A stretch of DNA of 64,000 nt from an uncultured Nitrososphaerales archaeon (lineage in GTDB: Archaea; Thermoproteota; Nitrososphaeria; Nitrososphaerales; Nitrososphaeraceae), in the NCBI GenBank assembly GCA_963713605.1, contig CAVQMO010000001.1:64001-128000 (forward strand), written 5' to 3'. A program made the translations under genes and the position numbers. The notes below the pieces were generated by a model, which worked only from the letters and a program-made list of their open reading frames with translations, ran no database searches and was not told the DNA's origin. Positions 46,615 to 57,993 of this stretch are shown here, piece after piece. How positions within the stretch are numbered: position 1 is the first letter of the stretch; every line of letters begins with the position of its first letter.

Positions 46615-48427
46615 TCACAAATCCCGTAGTTCCTGCACATTTTTTTCAACTAAATCAAATCCCTGCTGCCAAAAGTCCCTGGAAGAGATGTCGATTCCTA
46701 TATCAGACAAAATTTCCTCTGTCTTACGAGAATCCTCCGGACGAAAGCAATTTGTAGTATTTAGGAATAAATGACAACTTTCCCTCTTTTCTGAATTGAT
46801 GGTAAAGAGACAGAACTAGCAAATTTCCGAATGAATACGCGTAGCAATAGAATGGACTATGATATAAGTGTGGAATGTATAGCCATTCCCATCGAAAATC
46901 ATCTGAAACAGTTACCGAATCACCGAACTGATCTTCAAGATTTTGTAAGTACAGGTCTGATACTTCGTTTATATTTGCATTCTTTTCAGTTATGGCCTTA
47001 TGAGCTTCAATCTCAAATAGGGTAAAGTAAGCTTGTCTCATAATAGTAGCGTACATATCATCGATCTGAGAAGCTAGCAGGACAGCTTTCTGCTCGCGTG
47101 TTAATTTGCTGATGAGTTTATCATTAAGGAGAATTTCAGCAAAGACTGACGCTGTTTCGGCCAAGGGTAATGGAGCGTGGGCAACAGATATTGGTTTATC
47201 TGAGGCTGCCATACTGTGTATAGCATGACCTAGTTCATGAGCCATAGTGCTAACATCTCTAATTCTACCATCAAAATTAAGAAGTATATATGGCGTAAGT
47301 TTTGGCGTAACCGTGTAACAGAAGGCGCCACCTTGTTTTGCTTTTCTTATTTCGGAATCCACATGTTTTTCATTGAATACTTTTGTTGCAAATTTACCAA
47401 ATCTAGGATCAAAATCAGAAAATGTGTCGATGACCGTGCTAACCGCGTTCTGGTAGCTAAATCTTTCCCGATACCTCCCACTGAGGGTTAGGGGCGCGTA
47501 CAAATGGTACCTGTGAAGCTTTTTGAGGCCTATCATCGCAGCTTTTTCTTTGAAGTACCTCTGGAATACCTTTGCATTAGAACGACAAGCTTGGAGAAGA
47601 GATTCTACGGTTGAATCATCTAGATTGTTGTATGTATTCCGTACCGAGATTGGTCTCTTAAATCCACGTAATTTTATGAATTCATCATGCCACTGTATCA
47701 CCTTATTGAAATAAATTTCGCCTAGGACACCACTATTCTTTTTGTATTCCTTTAGTAGCGACTTGTATGCTGACACCCTCTCTTCCTTCTTTGTGCTCCT
47801 AATCATCGAGAGCATCTTTTCCTTATTGTTGAATTTTTTTTCTATGACCAGTTTACCTTTTTTTAGCTGTACAACGAATTCTAGAGAGCTTGTCATTCTG
47901 TCGTATATCTTTGTGAGGGCTCCTGACCCGCTCACCTCCAGTGTACTAATAATCTTCTCTTCAGGTTCAGATAATGTGAATTTGGCCAGAAGCCGACTAT
48001 GTTTCAGATGCTCTCTATAAACAATCGGAGCAGAATTTATCAGACGTTCGGCGTTCAAATCATCAAGTTGTTTTTTAAACCAGATGTCAAAAAATAATAA
48101 GCGGTTTGATACGTCTGCTGACAGCATTTCCATCTTAGTTAGTAGGGCAGCGGCTTCGTTTGACGAGGTATCAGAGGCATATTTCAGATGGGCGTACCCA
48201 ACTGCAATACTGATCTGCTCATTTATTCCTTCAACAAGATTCATGAGTTTTTGAAATTGACTTGCAGAAATGCTCTCTTTAAGCATCCCACGTTCGCCTT
48301 CGATCCGCTTTGCAGCCTGCTCAATCGATTTTATCAGATTCTGTAATTCTTCTCCTTTATGGTTCTCTATCAACTGTGATAGATTCCATATTGTCGGTTT
48401 AGGTCGCATTAAAAGCGTCATACCCAT
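46615..48427 (-). CDS. pepF: M3B oligoendopeptidase F, frameshift at ~46732
   Basis: KQGGAFC, TMAHELGHAIH, AETASVFAE, HLYHSPFYCYAYSFG. Corrected end GGSRKTEEIL...DFWQQGF. Confidence 0.92.
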
Positions 48428-48598
48428 CAGCAGAATCCTATGAAGTGGTCACATATGTTTCTTGCATGTTCTGGTTTTAGCCTGATCCAATTGCATTGAT
48501 GTTTTCAGTTTTTGAAGAGAACAAACAGAAAGGTATCATTACAGATCTGCAATCTAATGTATGGCGATTCTTGCATTGTACTTTAGAAAACCAGTATT

Positions 48599-51002
48599 AT
48601 GTTTAATAATCGAATATTTGGAAATACTTTAGGATTGAGTCGAACTCATAGAATTGAAGAGAAGAAATGGAATTCCGATAATGAAGCGAAAATTCGTCAA
48701 AAATGGGAGAATGCTAGGACTGATAATACCCCAATCAATAGAGGACAGGCCCCTTTTGTAATCGATACTCCCCCTCCATACCCTTCAGGTCGGCCATGGC
48801 ATATCGGAGCAGCGGCTCATTATGCGCAGATCGATATGATAGCTAGGAGCGCTCGAATGAGGGGCTTCAACGTCCTGTTTCCAATAGGTATCGATCGAAA
48901 TGGTCTTCCAATTGAAATCTATACGGAAAAGAAATACAAAATTAGGATGAGGAAAACAGATAGGAGGAAATTCTTAGAATTGTGCAAGAGTGCTTTGGAC
49001 GAACTTGAACAAGAGATGATTGAGATTATGAAGTCGATTGGATTGAGTGCAGACTTCAAGAATTACTATAAGACCGATTCAAGTAAATTTAGAGCGCTAA
49101 CTCAAAGTACTTTCATAGAGCTGTGGAACAGGAAGTTGATCTACATTGCTAATAGGCCTAATAACCTATGTCCAGACTGCGGAACCACTATAGCAGATGC
49201 GGAAATTGTATACGAGGAAGTTCCCACCAAGCTCGTATACATGAATTTTAGTATAAAGGACGAAACAAAGGGAATAATAGTGGCATCAACTAGACCAGAA
49301 TTGCTTTTTGCTTGTCAAGCAGTTATAGTAAATCCTAATGACGAGCGCTATGCGGATATTGTAGGGAAGAAGGTATCTGTTCCTCTCTTCGACAAGCAAG
49401 TCCCAGTTTATGCACACCACTCAGCTAGACCAGAATTTGGAACTGGTGTAGTTATGGTCTGTAGTTATGGCGATCAGAATGACGTTTCATTATTTAGAGA
49501 GCTCGGATTGAAGGAAGTTATCGCTATAGATATCTATGGGCGCACTACAGTCGAAGCTGGCTCATATGCTAATCTTCCAATACAAGAAGCTAGAGTTAAG
49601 ATAATTTCTGACTTGAAGACAAACGGCTTTCTACAAAAAACCGAGGATATTATGCATAGAACTCCTTTATGCGAGAGAAGCAAAACTCCTGTGGAGATTG
49701 TTCCATTGCAAGATTATTACCTTAAACAAATTGAGTATATTCCCCAACTAAGGCAGCTGACAACCCATCTCAAGTTTTATCCTGAAATTCACAGACAAAT
49801 TCTAATGAACTGGCTTGATTCGGTTGCAACTGATTGGCCCATTTCAAGGAGACGATATTATGGAACAGAGATTCCTATCTGGTATTGTGTGAATTGCAAT
49901 TATCCCAACCTACCGCCCCCTGGCAAATATTACAGACCTTGGGAAGAGGATCCTCCATTTGATAAATGCACCAGTTGCGGAGCAGGAAAATTTGTTGGAG
50001 AAGAACGAACATTCGATACTTGGATGGACTCCAGCTTGACTGCTATATACATAGGTAAATATGGGGAATCAGATAGAATCCAACATCCTTACCCCGGTAC
50101 GATTAGACCCCAAGCAAAGGACATTGTTAGAACTTGGCTATACTATTCAATGCTACGTTGTGTTCAATTGACCGATAAGCTGCCTTGGTCAAAGGCCTGG
50201 ATAATGGGTTTTGGAGTTGACGAAAGGGGCGAGAAAATGAGTAAGAGCAGAGGTAATGCAATGGATCCTATACCTATAATCAATACATATGGGGCGGATG
50301 CGTTCAGATTCTGGTCAGCATCGGAATGTAATTTAGGCTATGATTTTCGGTGCTCTGAACAAAAGATATCAGTTGCAAAGAACTTCTTGTCTAAATTATG
50401 GAATGTTGCAAGGTTCATATCCTCGTTTGATAATGTCTCTGAAAAGCCAACAACTTTAGCTCCAAGTGACATGTGGTTGCTGGGAGAATTGCAGAAACTA
50501 GTTGAGGAATGTAGGATAGGATTTTCCGAATTCAATTTCTTTATTCCCTCGAACGCCATACGAGAATTCACCTGGAACGTTTTTGCAGACTCACTACATT
50601 GAGATGGTCAAGTGGAGGGCATACCTTGATGGGTCTAGTCAATCTCGGCAGTCATCGATCTATACCCTTCATAAAAGTATGACGACAATCCTTACATTGT
50701 TGGCCCCGATATGTCCGTATATAACCGAGGAGATCTGGACGAGCATGTATAGCAATGAAAATGAAAGCATCCATCTGCGTAAGCTACCAGAAGTAGAGGG
50801 AGATTACAGTGAGTATTCTAAGTATACGCAGCTAATTATCATTTTTAACTCCATGGTCTGGAACAAGAAAAAGTCTTTTATTTCTCCAGAAACCGGAAAG
50901 CCGCTATCACTAAAGGATCCTATAGAATTAGCGATTCCCGAGAACCTATTGCCTTTCGAAGAAGATCTAATTAAAATGCATAACATTAGCAGAGCAGTGT
51001 AA
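48599..51002 (+). CDS. valS: Valine--tRNA ligase, frameshift at ~50589
   Basis: IDTPPPYPSGRPWHIGA, ASTRPEL, DWPISRRRYYG, DTWMDS, KMSKSRGN, LLAPICPYITEEIW. Confidence 0.95.
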
Positions 51003-51015
51003 CAAGGAATACGGA

Positions 51016-51927
51016 ATGTCCCTCTTGAACCTAAACATTGCAGTTACAGCGAGTAGGAGAGCAGGTGAGCTAGCCCAGATCATAAGATCGCTCGGAGGAA
51101 GGCCGTACATCGCTCCCACAACAGGAATCAAAAGAGAGGAATGTACCATTTTTGATGTATCAAAATTTATAGAACTCGCCAAGGAAAGCAGGCCAGATTT
51201 TGTCGTGTTTATGACAGGTCCAAGTGTATACTCACTAATCGATTTGTCCTCAGAACTTGGAAAGAAGGAACCATTAATCAATATACTTAGAAATACGATA
51301 TTGGTTGCACGAAGTCCAAAAACCCAGATGTCGCTATTTAATTTTGGCCTGAGGCCAATTCTAATCCCTAATCTAGATTATACATCTACTGGAGTGCTGA
51401 AGCTCTTCGAAAGTATGGGAGTGACGGAGAAGAAAATCGCAATCATCTGGCATGGTACCTCTTCCCGACATTTAGTTGATGGACTTGAGCGATTGAGAAA
51501 TAAGATTATTGAAGTACATGTGTACAGATATTCAGAAACCAATGATCTCAATGAAACCAGAATTCTCGAGTACATGGGTTTTAAATCCGTTCTAAGTGAT
51601 GAAACCGTGGTTACAAATCTGGTAAGGGATATAAATCTACGGAATATCGATGCTATAACCTTTACAAGTCCACCATCAGTTAGAGGACTGCTAAATTTTG
51701 CAAAGAGACACAAATTATGGGAAACTTTACAAAATTCACTTAATTCAATAACGATAGTCGTGGCGATTGGACCCTCCACGGCCAGTGAGCTAGACAAGAA
51801 CGGGGTAGTGGTGGATGTCGTTCCTCAAGTCTTTAAAATGAAACCAATGATCGATGCATTGACATTGTACATCCAAAGCGATACTGTCAATGAGAAAGTT
51901 AAAAGACTATCTCACTGCAGCAAATAA
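51016..51927 (+). CDS. hemD: Uroporphyrinogen-III synthase
   Basis: IAVTASRRAGEL, VVFMTGPSV, ARSPKT, DAITFTSPPSV, VAIGPSTA. Confidence 0.88.
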   Translation: MSLLNLNIAVTASRRAGELAQIIRSLGGRPYIAPTTGIKREECTIFDVSKFIELAKESRPDFVVFMTGPSVYSLIDLSSELGKKEPLINILRNTILVARSPKTQMSLFNFGLRPILIPNLDYTSTGVLKLFESMGVTEKKIAIIWHGTSSRHLVDGLERLRNKIIEVHVYRYSETNDLNETRILEYMGFKSVLSDETVVTNLVRDINLRNIDAITFTSPPSVRGLLNFAKRHKLWETLQNSLNSITIVVAIGPSTASELDKNGVVVDVVPQVFKMKPMIDALTLYIQSDTVNEKVKRLSHCSK

Positions 51928-52050
51928 AACATTTAGTATGATATGGCCCATTTCTGTGATAATTTCACGTTTTATCGATTTTTACTTTTATTTATTATAT
52001 CGCAAATATAGTTTGAAAACCTTATATCGTGAACTAATTTATACGAGCCT

Positions 52051-52398
52051 ATGAAGCGGATTGAGGCAATTATACCTAATGAAAAGATTAGCGCAGTAAA
52101 TGAAGCCTTCAAGAAGGCTGGTATAGGCGGATGTACCATCATGGAAGCAAAAGGCAGAGGTAAGGGTGAGAAGCCCATGGTTCAAAGTGGGAGAGGGACA
52201 AGTAGGTTTGTATCTGAATTTTCAGTCCGTGCCAATATCATTACAGTAGTTCCTGATTCCCAAGTAGAAAATGTGGTTAATGCAATACTGGACTCGGTAA
52301 GTACGGGCTCAGCAGGAGATGGAAAAATATTCATCTCTCCTGTTCTTGAGACGATAGATATAGGAACAAGACAACGTGGTGAAGAGGCGATTATTTAG
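52051..52398 (+). CDS. glnB: P-II nitrogen regulatory protein
   Basis: MKRIEAII, GRG T-loop, TGSAGDGKIFISPV, IGT..RGEEAI. Confidence 0.92.
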   Translation: MKRIEAIIPNEKISAVNEAFKKAGIGGCTIMEAKGRGKGEKPMVQSGRGTSRFVSEFSVRANIITVVPDSQVENVVNAILDSVSTGSAGDGKIFISPVLETIDIGTRQRGEEAII

Positions 52399-53887
52399 AA
52401 GATAAAAGGGTGGGGCTTTTCTTTCTAAAGAATTTTTTAGTTTCACCGTACGTTTTGATATCCAATTGAGGAACCTTAACTATTATTGGAAGTTCCTGAA
52501 CCATTTTTCCGATTAAGAGTGAATGCCTCTGAGGAAGAGTCCTAACTATCGACCTGATCGTATCCTTGTCAACTAGTGAAATTTTAGAAATTCTTTCTAA
52601 GTCAGATTCATTCACGAAATTGAACAAGAAAATGTTGTCAACTTGCCTCAAGATCCCTTCTCCTAATGCCTCTGGGTGATTAGTAATAAACGTAGAATAA
52701 ATTCCAAAGTGACGCATTCTCGTGATAATGTCGTCCCAGTAGGTCTCTTTGATATACAGATGGGCTTCCTCCGCAAAGAGAAATATGGGGGGGATGACAT
52801 CGTTTCCCAGCAACTCAACCAATTTATTTAGTATCAACTCTACGACCATATGTCTTATGGTCGGTGCAAAAGTTCCCATTTTCACGATCATTGCCAGTCC
52901 ATGAACATTATTGGAAATCAAATTTTCGAATCTTAATCCATCATATTCATCATTTTTCTCGTCATTGAGAAATAGCCTCGAATTATATATCGTATGAAAC
53001 CTTGAGATTAATGCGTCACGAACAAGATCATTGAAATTCCAATTATTAATTGCATTTGAAAATGCTTCTAATGTTAGGACGTCTCTTTTGAAAAGATTAT
53101 CCCAAATTCTAAAGAACTCTCGCAATGATGTGGAAGGCATATCTAAAGCGTTCTTTAGCATGGAAGACACAGATGGTTTGCCACAATACTCTAATGAAAA
53201 GCGCAAATTCTTTCCTGGTTCAAGAAGAACGATCTTTGATTCAATATTTGAGCCCAAGCCATTGGTCTTAACTCCTAATCCCGTATATTCATTATTTAGA
53301 TCAAATACAAGAATAAATGCTCCATGTTCTAGGAGGGACTTAACAAGTAATTTTGACAAATGTGATTTACCCGATTCTTTCTTACCTGCAATGATGTTTA
53401 GCCTGCCATCAAGGTCTTCAGCGTATATCATAAACGGATCTTGACTATTACCAACGAAGCCGATCGAAATGGGAGACTCACCACCTCTGTTAAGTATATG
53501 ATTCAGTTCAGAAATTGAAAGACGTCTAATCCTCGAATTTACTCTCGAAGGTAACCAATTGATATCACTTGACATATTGGTACTTGCACCAACGGAAGAA
53601 CCTCTTATCTTGGCCTTGAAAAGTCTCGAATCGCGCACTACGCCTGATATTAATCCTATTTCTAACGGATCATATGATACTCCAGGACTGGTTGCGCGAA
53701 TTATTTCGTCTTTGACGATATCCTCAACAATAGATTGGTTCGAGAGATATTCTTCATTATATACTTGAACTATCAGTTCCCTTTTCATTTCAGTATCCTC
53801 AATCAGAAAGTAGTCGCCCTTGGAGACCATTTCTGATTTTACTGCCAACAGTATCAATTCATCATTCGTTTTTTGAAGGATTTTCAA
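52391..53887 (-). CDS. herA: HerA-family ATPase/translocase
   Basis: N-terminal HAS-barrel-like region, Walker A GKKESGKS, VFDLNNEY, Walker B FLFAEEAHLY, RMRHFG, ITNHP. Confidence 0.88.
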   Translation of the reverse strand: MKILQKTNDELILLAVKSEMVSKGDYFLIEDTEMKRELIVQVYNEEYLSNQSIVEDIVKDEIIRATSPGVSYDPLEIGLISGVVRDSRLFKAKIRGSSVGASTNMSSDINWLPSRVNSRIRRLSISELNHILNRGGESPISIGFVGNSQDPFMIYAEDLDGRLNIIAGKKESGKSHLSKLLVKSLLEHGAFILVFDLNNEYTGLGVKTNGLGSNIESKIVLLEPGKNLRFSLEYCGKPSVSSMLKNALDMPSTSLREFFRIWDNLFKRDVLTLEAFSNAINNWNFNDLVRDALISRFHTIYNSRLFLNDEKNDEYDGLRFENLISNNVHGLAMIVKMGTFAPTIRHMVVELILNKLVELLGNDVIPPIFLFAEEAHLYIKETYWDDIITRMRHFGIYSTFITNHPEALGEGILRQVDNIFLFNFVNESDLERISKISLVDKDTIRSIVRTLPQRHSLLIGKMVQELPIIVKVPQLDIKTYGETKKFFRKKSPTLLSSK

Positions 53888-54936
53888 ACAAACGAGACCC
53901 CCAAAATGTTCTTTCTAGTAGCAGTTTGGTCAACCTCTTCAGCGCCATAACTCCTTGATATGAATCCCTTTAATGATGAGACCTCTGTGGTAGTGAAAGT
54001 TGAAATGTGATGTGCAATCCTAAGTGATTCGGGATAGCTACGAAAGAGTATGTCATTTCCGATTAGTCTCTCTAAACATTCCAAATCATTACCATTCGCA
54101 GAGCATATGTCAGCTCGGAGGACATACTCATTTTCATTTTTTCCAAGTTTCACTAGCATATTATTACCCAATGTATTTCTTGCCAGACTCTTAATCACAC
54201 AATCCGTATCGATGCAAGCCGAGTAAGGCATTGTTTTAAGTAAACTTTCAAATTGATTAAGAATCGTCATGCTCGTGTTTTTAGACAACCCTATGACATC
54301 ATTATTACTTAAAGTGGACATTTCAATTACTTTGTTGATGGTACAGCTGTAATCCTCAAATACAGAGGGCCTCAGAGCTCCATCAATTAGTATTATCGAA
54401 TTATTCAAGCGGTTGGAGAGCACTAGTTGAATTGCTCTCTCTAATCTAATTCTGATAAGACGTTTGGCGATGCTGCTGTCAACGAGCAATAGATTTCCTA
54501 AATTATGATCTATTTTGGAGTTATCCAGGAATTCCTCGGTTAGATAGATGAGCATGGGGCCTAGCCTGATATGGCGTCGGATTCTTCTGCCGGATGATAT
54601 GACGACTCCAGATTTTGCAGCATACAACCTTCCTTCTTCCGTCCTCGCTAAATGAATAACACTTGAATCTATAGCGCTGATGTAGGTTATCTCCTCACTT
54701 GGTTGAAGGACCATAGGAGTCACTGCGCAAGCCTGTTCAAAGCTACCCTGCCTTCTAACTGGAACAGTCGTTTGTTCAATTGAATCAAAAATAATTCTTC
54801 TCCCCTTGAGGATTTCCTCTAATTGATTTGCCAAACACATTTTCATCGATTTTCTGAAAGTGTTTTCAAATTCTGTTATACAATCTTCCTCAAGATAGAA
54901 GTTTAAATGCGCATTTGCATTCATTTTGATCAACAA
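53884..54936 (-). CDS. nurA: NurA-family nuclease
   Basis: SAIDSS, ILIDGAL, IGLSKNT, SYPESLRIAH. 4-bp overlap with herA. Confidence 0.85.
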   Translation of the reverse strand: MLIKMNANAHLNFYLEEDCITEFENTFRKSMKMCLANQLEEILKGRRIIFDSIEQTTVPVRRQGSFEQACAVTPMVLQPSEEITYISAIDSSVIHLARTEEGRLYAAKSGVVISSGRRIRRHIRLGPMLIYLTEEFLDNSKIDHNLGNLLLVDSSIAKRLIRIRLERAIQLVLSNRLNNSIILIDGALRPSVFEDYSCTINKVIEMSTLSNNDVIGLSKNTSMTILNQFESLLKTMPYSACIDTDCVIKSLARNTLGNNMLVKLGKNENEYVLRADICSANGNDLECLERLIGNDILFRSYPESLRIAHHISTFTTTEVSSLKGFISRSYGAEEVDQTATRKNILGVSFV

Positions 54937-55037
54937 TATCTGCGAACCGAACCTAATTAATGTTGCGCAAGATGCGCAAGATGCAAAGGAACAAGTTTAT
55001 CAAGGTGAACTTTTCCAACGTTGCTTGTTCAACATGA

Positions 55038-55538
55038 ATGATAGCCCCCCACCACTCAGCTGCGCAGTCGGATGAAGTGAAGATCAGGCTGAAGCACAAT
55101 GGATGGGAAGTCGAAATAACATGCGCAGAAAACAAAGTCAAGGAGGTGGTTCAAAACGTCCTTGATAGTATCGATCATCCAAGTCCATTGGATGAAAAGA
55201 ATGCGGTAGCTATTGGCGAACTTCAACATCAGGTTGAAAATATAAAAATGCTTATAGATTCTAACCCTATACCTCCTAGTAAAGAGGTAATTAGGAGAGA
55301 AAGAAAATCATCGCATAAAACAGGTATGACATGCAGAATACTTCTGGAAACACTATGGGGAGAAGGGTACTTCATTACCCAGCGACTCCTAGCAGAAATT
55401 CATGAAGAGTGACTGCGAAGGGGGTACAGCTACGACAGAACGGCTGTTTCACATTCACTAACCGATATGGTTAGAGAAGGCATTATAGTCCGAAATGGAA
55501 CCGCCCGTAATTATGTCTATTTACAGAAGACGACTTGA
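55038..55538 (+). CDS. Winged-helix protein with an N-terminal beta-beta-alpha domain; in-frame TGA at 55410
   Basis: The same frame continues past the TGA as EIHEE*LRRGYSYDRTAVSHSLTDMVREGIIVRNGTARNYVY, completing the wHTH. Confidence 0.75.
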
Positions 55539-55580
55539 AATGAACTCGTTCAGGTAACAAACCTCATCATATATGATCAT

Positions 55581-56171
55581 CTATTCCAGTCCTTGTATTT
55601 TTTTCCGTCTTGCAAGCATAGAATTTAGCCAGCTGATTCCTGCGGTGGTGATTCGGTATGCTGGTAATTCACCGCCATTTCTGACGATGTCTCTTTGTAC
55701 GTATCCTACTTTAACCAATTCGGACAATCTTGAACTAATAGATTTTGATTTTAGACCCGTTGCTGATTGTAGGTCAGATATACGTAGTCTGTCATCCTCA
55801 GTCTTCCCTAATCCCTTTCCGATACGGGAAGCAACCAGTTGAAGGGCAACGATTTGTTTGTCTGAGAACTTTCTAAGTTCGACTCCGTCCAATATTGGAA
55901 TTATCTTCGGACCTTCGGGGGTAATCTTGATGATATCTGAATATGATTCAACAAGATCGGCAATAGTGTAATTAAGTGAAATCCTATTAGCCAGTTCCAA
56001 TGAGGGAATTTGTTTTGTCAGAAATGATATCACGGAAGTTATAACCGAATCTGCAGATCCATTAAACTGGACCCGAATATCGCCTATGCAGATTGAAACA
56101 TTTACGTTAGCTCCCGGGTCAGCAGTACTTCCGATTTCTTCCTTACCCCGATCACTTTGTTCGATAGACAC
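55581..56171 (-). CDS. Winged-helix DNA-binding protein
   Basis: LRISDLQSATGLKSKSISSRLSELVKVGYVQR...YRITTAGISWL. Confidence 0.82.
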   Translation of the reverse strand: MSIEQSDRGKEEIGSTADPGANVNVSICIGDIRVQFNGSADSVITSVISFLTKQIPSLELANRISLNYTIADLVESYSDIIKITPEGPKIIPILDGVELRKFSDKQIVALQLVASRIGKGLGKTEDDRLRISDLQSATGLKSKSISSRLSELVKVGYVQRDIVRNGGELPAYRITTAGISWLNSMLARRKKIQGLE

Positions 56172-56341
56172 CAGATTTCACCTCACCTTCGAGATATTGA
56201 TTATAAATATATATGCGTATTTCTAAATACTCGCGCTTAGCTCTTGTACTGCAAGGAGGAGCAAAAATGTCCTTGCCGAATAGACCTTACGTGAAAAGAT
56301 AAATTAAACTTATTAATACAAGCTTAAGCATCGTCAAGGTT

Positions 56342-57691
56342 TTGAAATTGAGCGAATTATTGCATGAACAAGAATTAGGTGATTGGAGAAGAACCCATTA
56401 CTCTAGGGAGATTCTGCCTACTTTAGATACCAGGCAGATCACTGTAATGGGATGGGTTTCTAGCACAAGGAGCCACGGTAATATTCAATTTGTTGTAATA
56501 AGAGATCGACTAGGTGAAATACAAGTAACTGCAAAACGAGGCGAATGTTCAGACAAGGTTCTCGATCAACTCTCACGTATAAAGGAACACACGTCCTTAG
56601 CGGTCAGAGGGAAAGTTCGAGCACAAAATAGGTCACCCAATGGAATAGAGGTTATTCCCAACGAGGTAAGAATCTTCTCGTTGGCTAAGCAAGCAGCACC
56701 ATTTACCATCCAGGCAAATAAATCAACTGTAGGTATTGATACTCGCCTCGATCTTAGAGCTATAGATTTAAGGCGAAATTTTTTACGAAGCACATTTGGA
56801 ATCCGTCATACCACACTTAGTTCTGTTAGAGAGTTTCTTGATGCGAAAGGCTTTATTGAAGTCAACACACCCAAAATGATCGCAACAGCTACTGAAGGGG
56901 GAGCTGCCCTGTTTCCAATTTTCTACTATAACAAGGAGGCATACCTGGCACAAAGTCCCCAATTGTATAAGGAACAGCTCACGATGGCTTTTGAGAATCT
57001 CTACGAGATTGGACCTATTTTTAGAGCAGAGCCCTCAAGAACAAAAAGACACTTATCCGAAGCAACCTCGATTGACGTTGAACAGGCCTTCGCAGATTAC
57101 AATGACCTTATGGATTTACTAGAAGCAATGATCAAACATATTATCAAATCGATAAATGACAGACATCGGGATGATCTTCAAAGTATGCATAGCACATTGC
57201 CTAACATCAAGACGCCTTTCCCAAGATACAGGTACGATGAGATTATTGATAAGCTTCAAGCAAAAGGTGAACGTATCAGATGGGGTGACGATATCAACCC
57301 TCAGATTATAAAAGGACTTTCAAATGAAGTCTTCAACAGCGATACTTTTTACTACATAACAGAATGGCCCACTGCTATAAAACCATTCTATGTAAAGCCG
57401 ACTTCCAAATCTGACAAGTTTTGTGAATCATTTGATCTAATGTTTGGTTCTCTTGAAATCTCCTCTGGCAGTACCAGGATAAATAGGAAGGAGTCTCTTC
57501 TAGCAAGTATGAAAAAACAAGGGCTAAATACGGAATTGTTTGATTTCCATCTTAGAGTTTTTGATTATGGTGTTCCACCTCATGCAGGTTTCGGAGTAGG
57601 CATGGAAAGACTCATGATGGTACTCCTAAATATCGAGAATATCCGAGACGCTACATTCTATCCAAGGGATATTGATCGCCTTACCCCGTGA
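56342..57691 (+). CDS. aspS: Non-discriminating aspartate--tRNA(Asp/Asn) ligase
   Basis: OB fold, [36 protein letters not shown]. In an operon with gatCAB. Confidence 0.95.
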   Translation: MKLSELLHEQELGDWRRTHYSREILPTLDTRQITVMGWVSSTRSHGNIQFVVIRDRLGEIQVTAKRGECSDKVLDQLSRIKEHTSLAVRGKVRAQNRSPNGIEVIPNEVRIFSLAKQAAPFTIQANKSTVGIDTRLDLRAIDLRRNFLRSTFGIRHTTLSSVREFLDAKGFIEVNTPKMIATATEGGAALFPIFYYNKEAYLAQSPQLYKEQLTMAFENLYEIGPIFRAEPSRTKRHLSEATSIDVEQAFADYNDLMDLLEAMIKHIIKSINDRHRDDLQSMHSTLPNIKTPFPRYRYDEIIDKLQAKGERIRWGDDINPQIIKGLSNEVFNSDTFYYITEWPTAIKPFYVKPTSKSDKFCESFDLMFGSLEISSGSTRINRKESLLASMKKQGLNTELFDFHLRVFDYGVPPHAGFGVGMERLMMVLLNIENIRDATFYPRDIDRLTP

Positions 57692-57711
57692 ATGAGGAGA
57701 ATTAAATCGGA

Positions 57712-57993
57712 ATGGTTTCAAAGGACGAGATAAGGCATTTAGGCTGGCTTGCAAGGTTAGACCTATCAGAGGAAGAGCTATCAAAATATGAATCTCAAAT
57801 TGATCGAATTATTCAACATTTTGACATCTTAGATAGCTTAGAATTAGATATCATGGAACCTACTTACTTGACTAAGTCGGTGCGCAACTTACGTCTCGAT
57901 AAAGCAAAGGATTTTGGCGAGAATGTACTTCCCAAAACCAAAAATAGAAAGGATGGCTATTTGAAAGGCCCTAAAAGTGATGTGAAACAATGA
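57712..57993 (+). CDS. gatC: Asp/Glu-tRNA amidotransferase subunit C (true stop probably 57985 after an A-run correction)
   Basis: EIRHLGWLARLDL, LRLD, DGYLKGPK. Directly upstream of gatA. Confidence 0.9.
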   Translation: MVSKDEIRHLGWLARLDLSEEELSKYESQIDRIIQHFDILDSLELDIMEPTYLTKSVRNLRLDKAKDFGENVLPKTKNRKDGYLKGPKSDVKQ

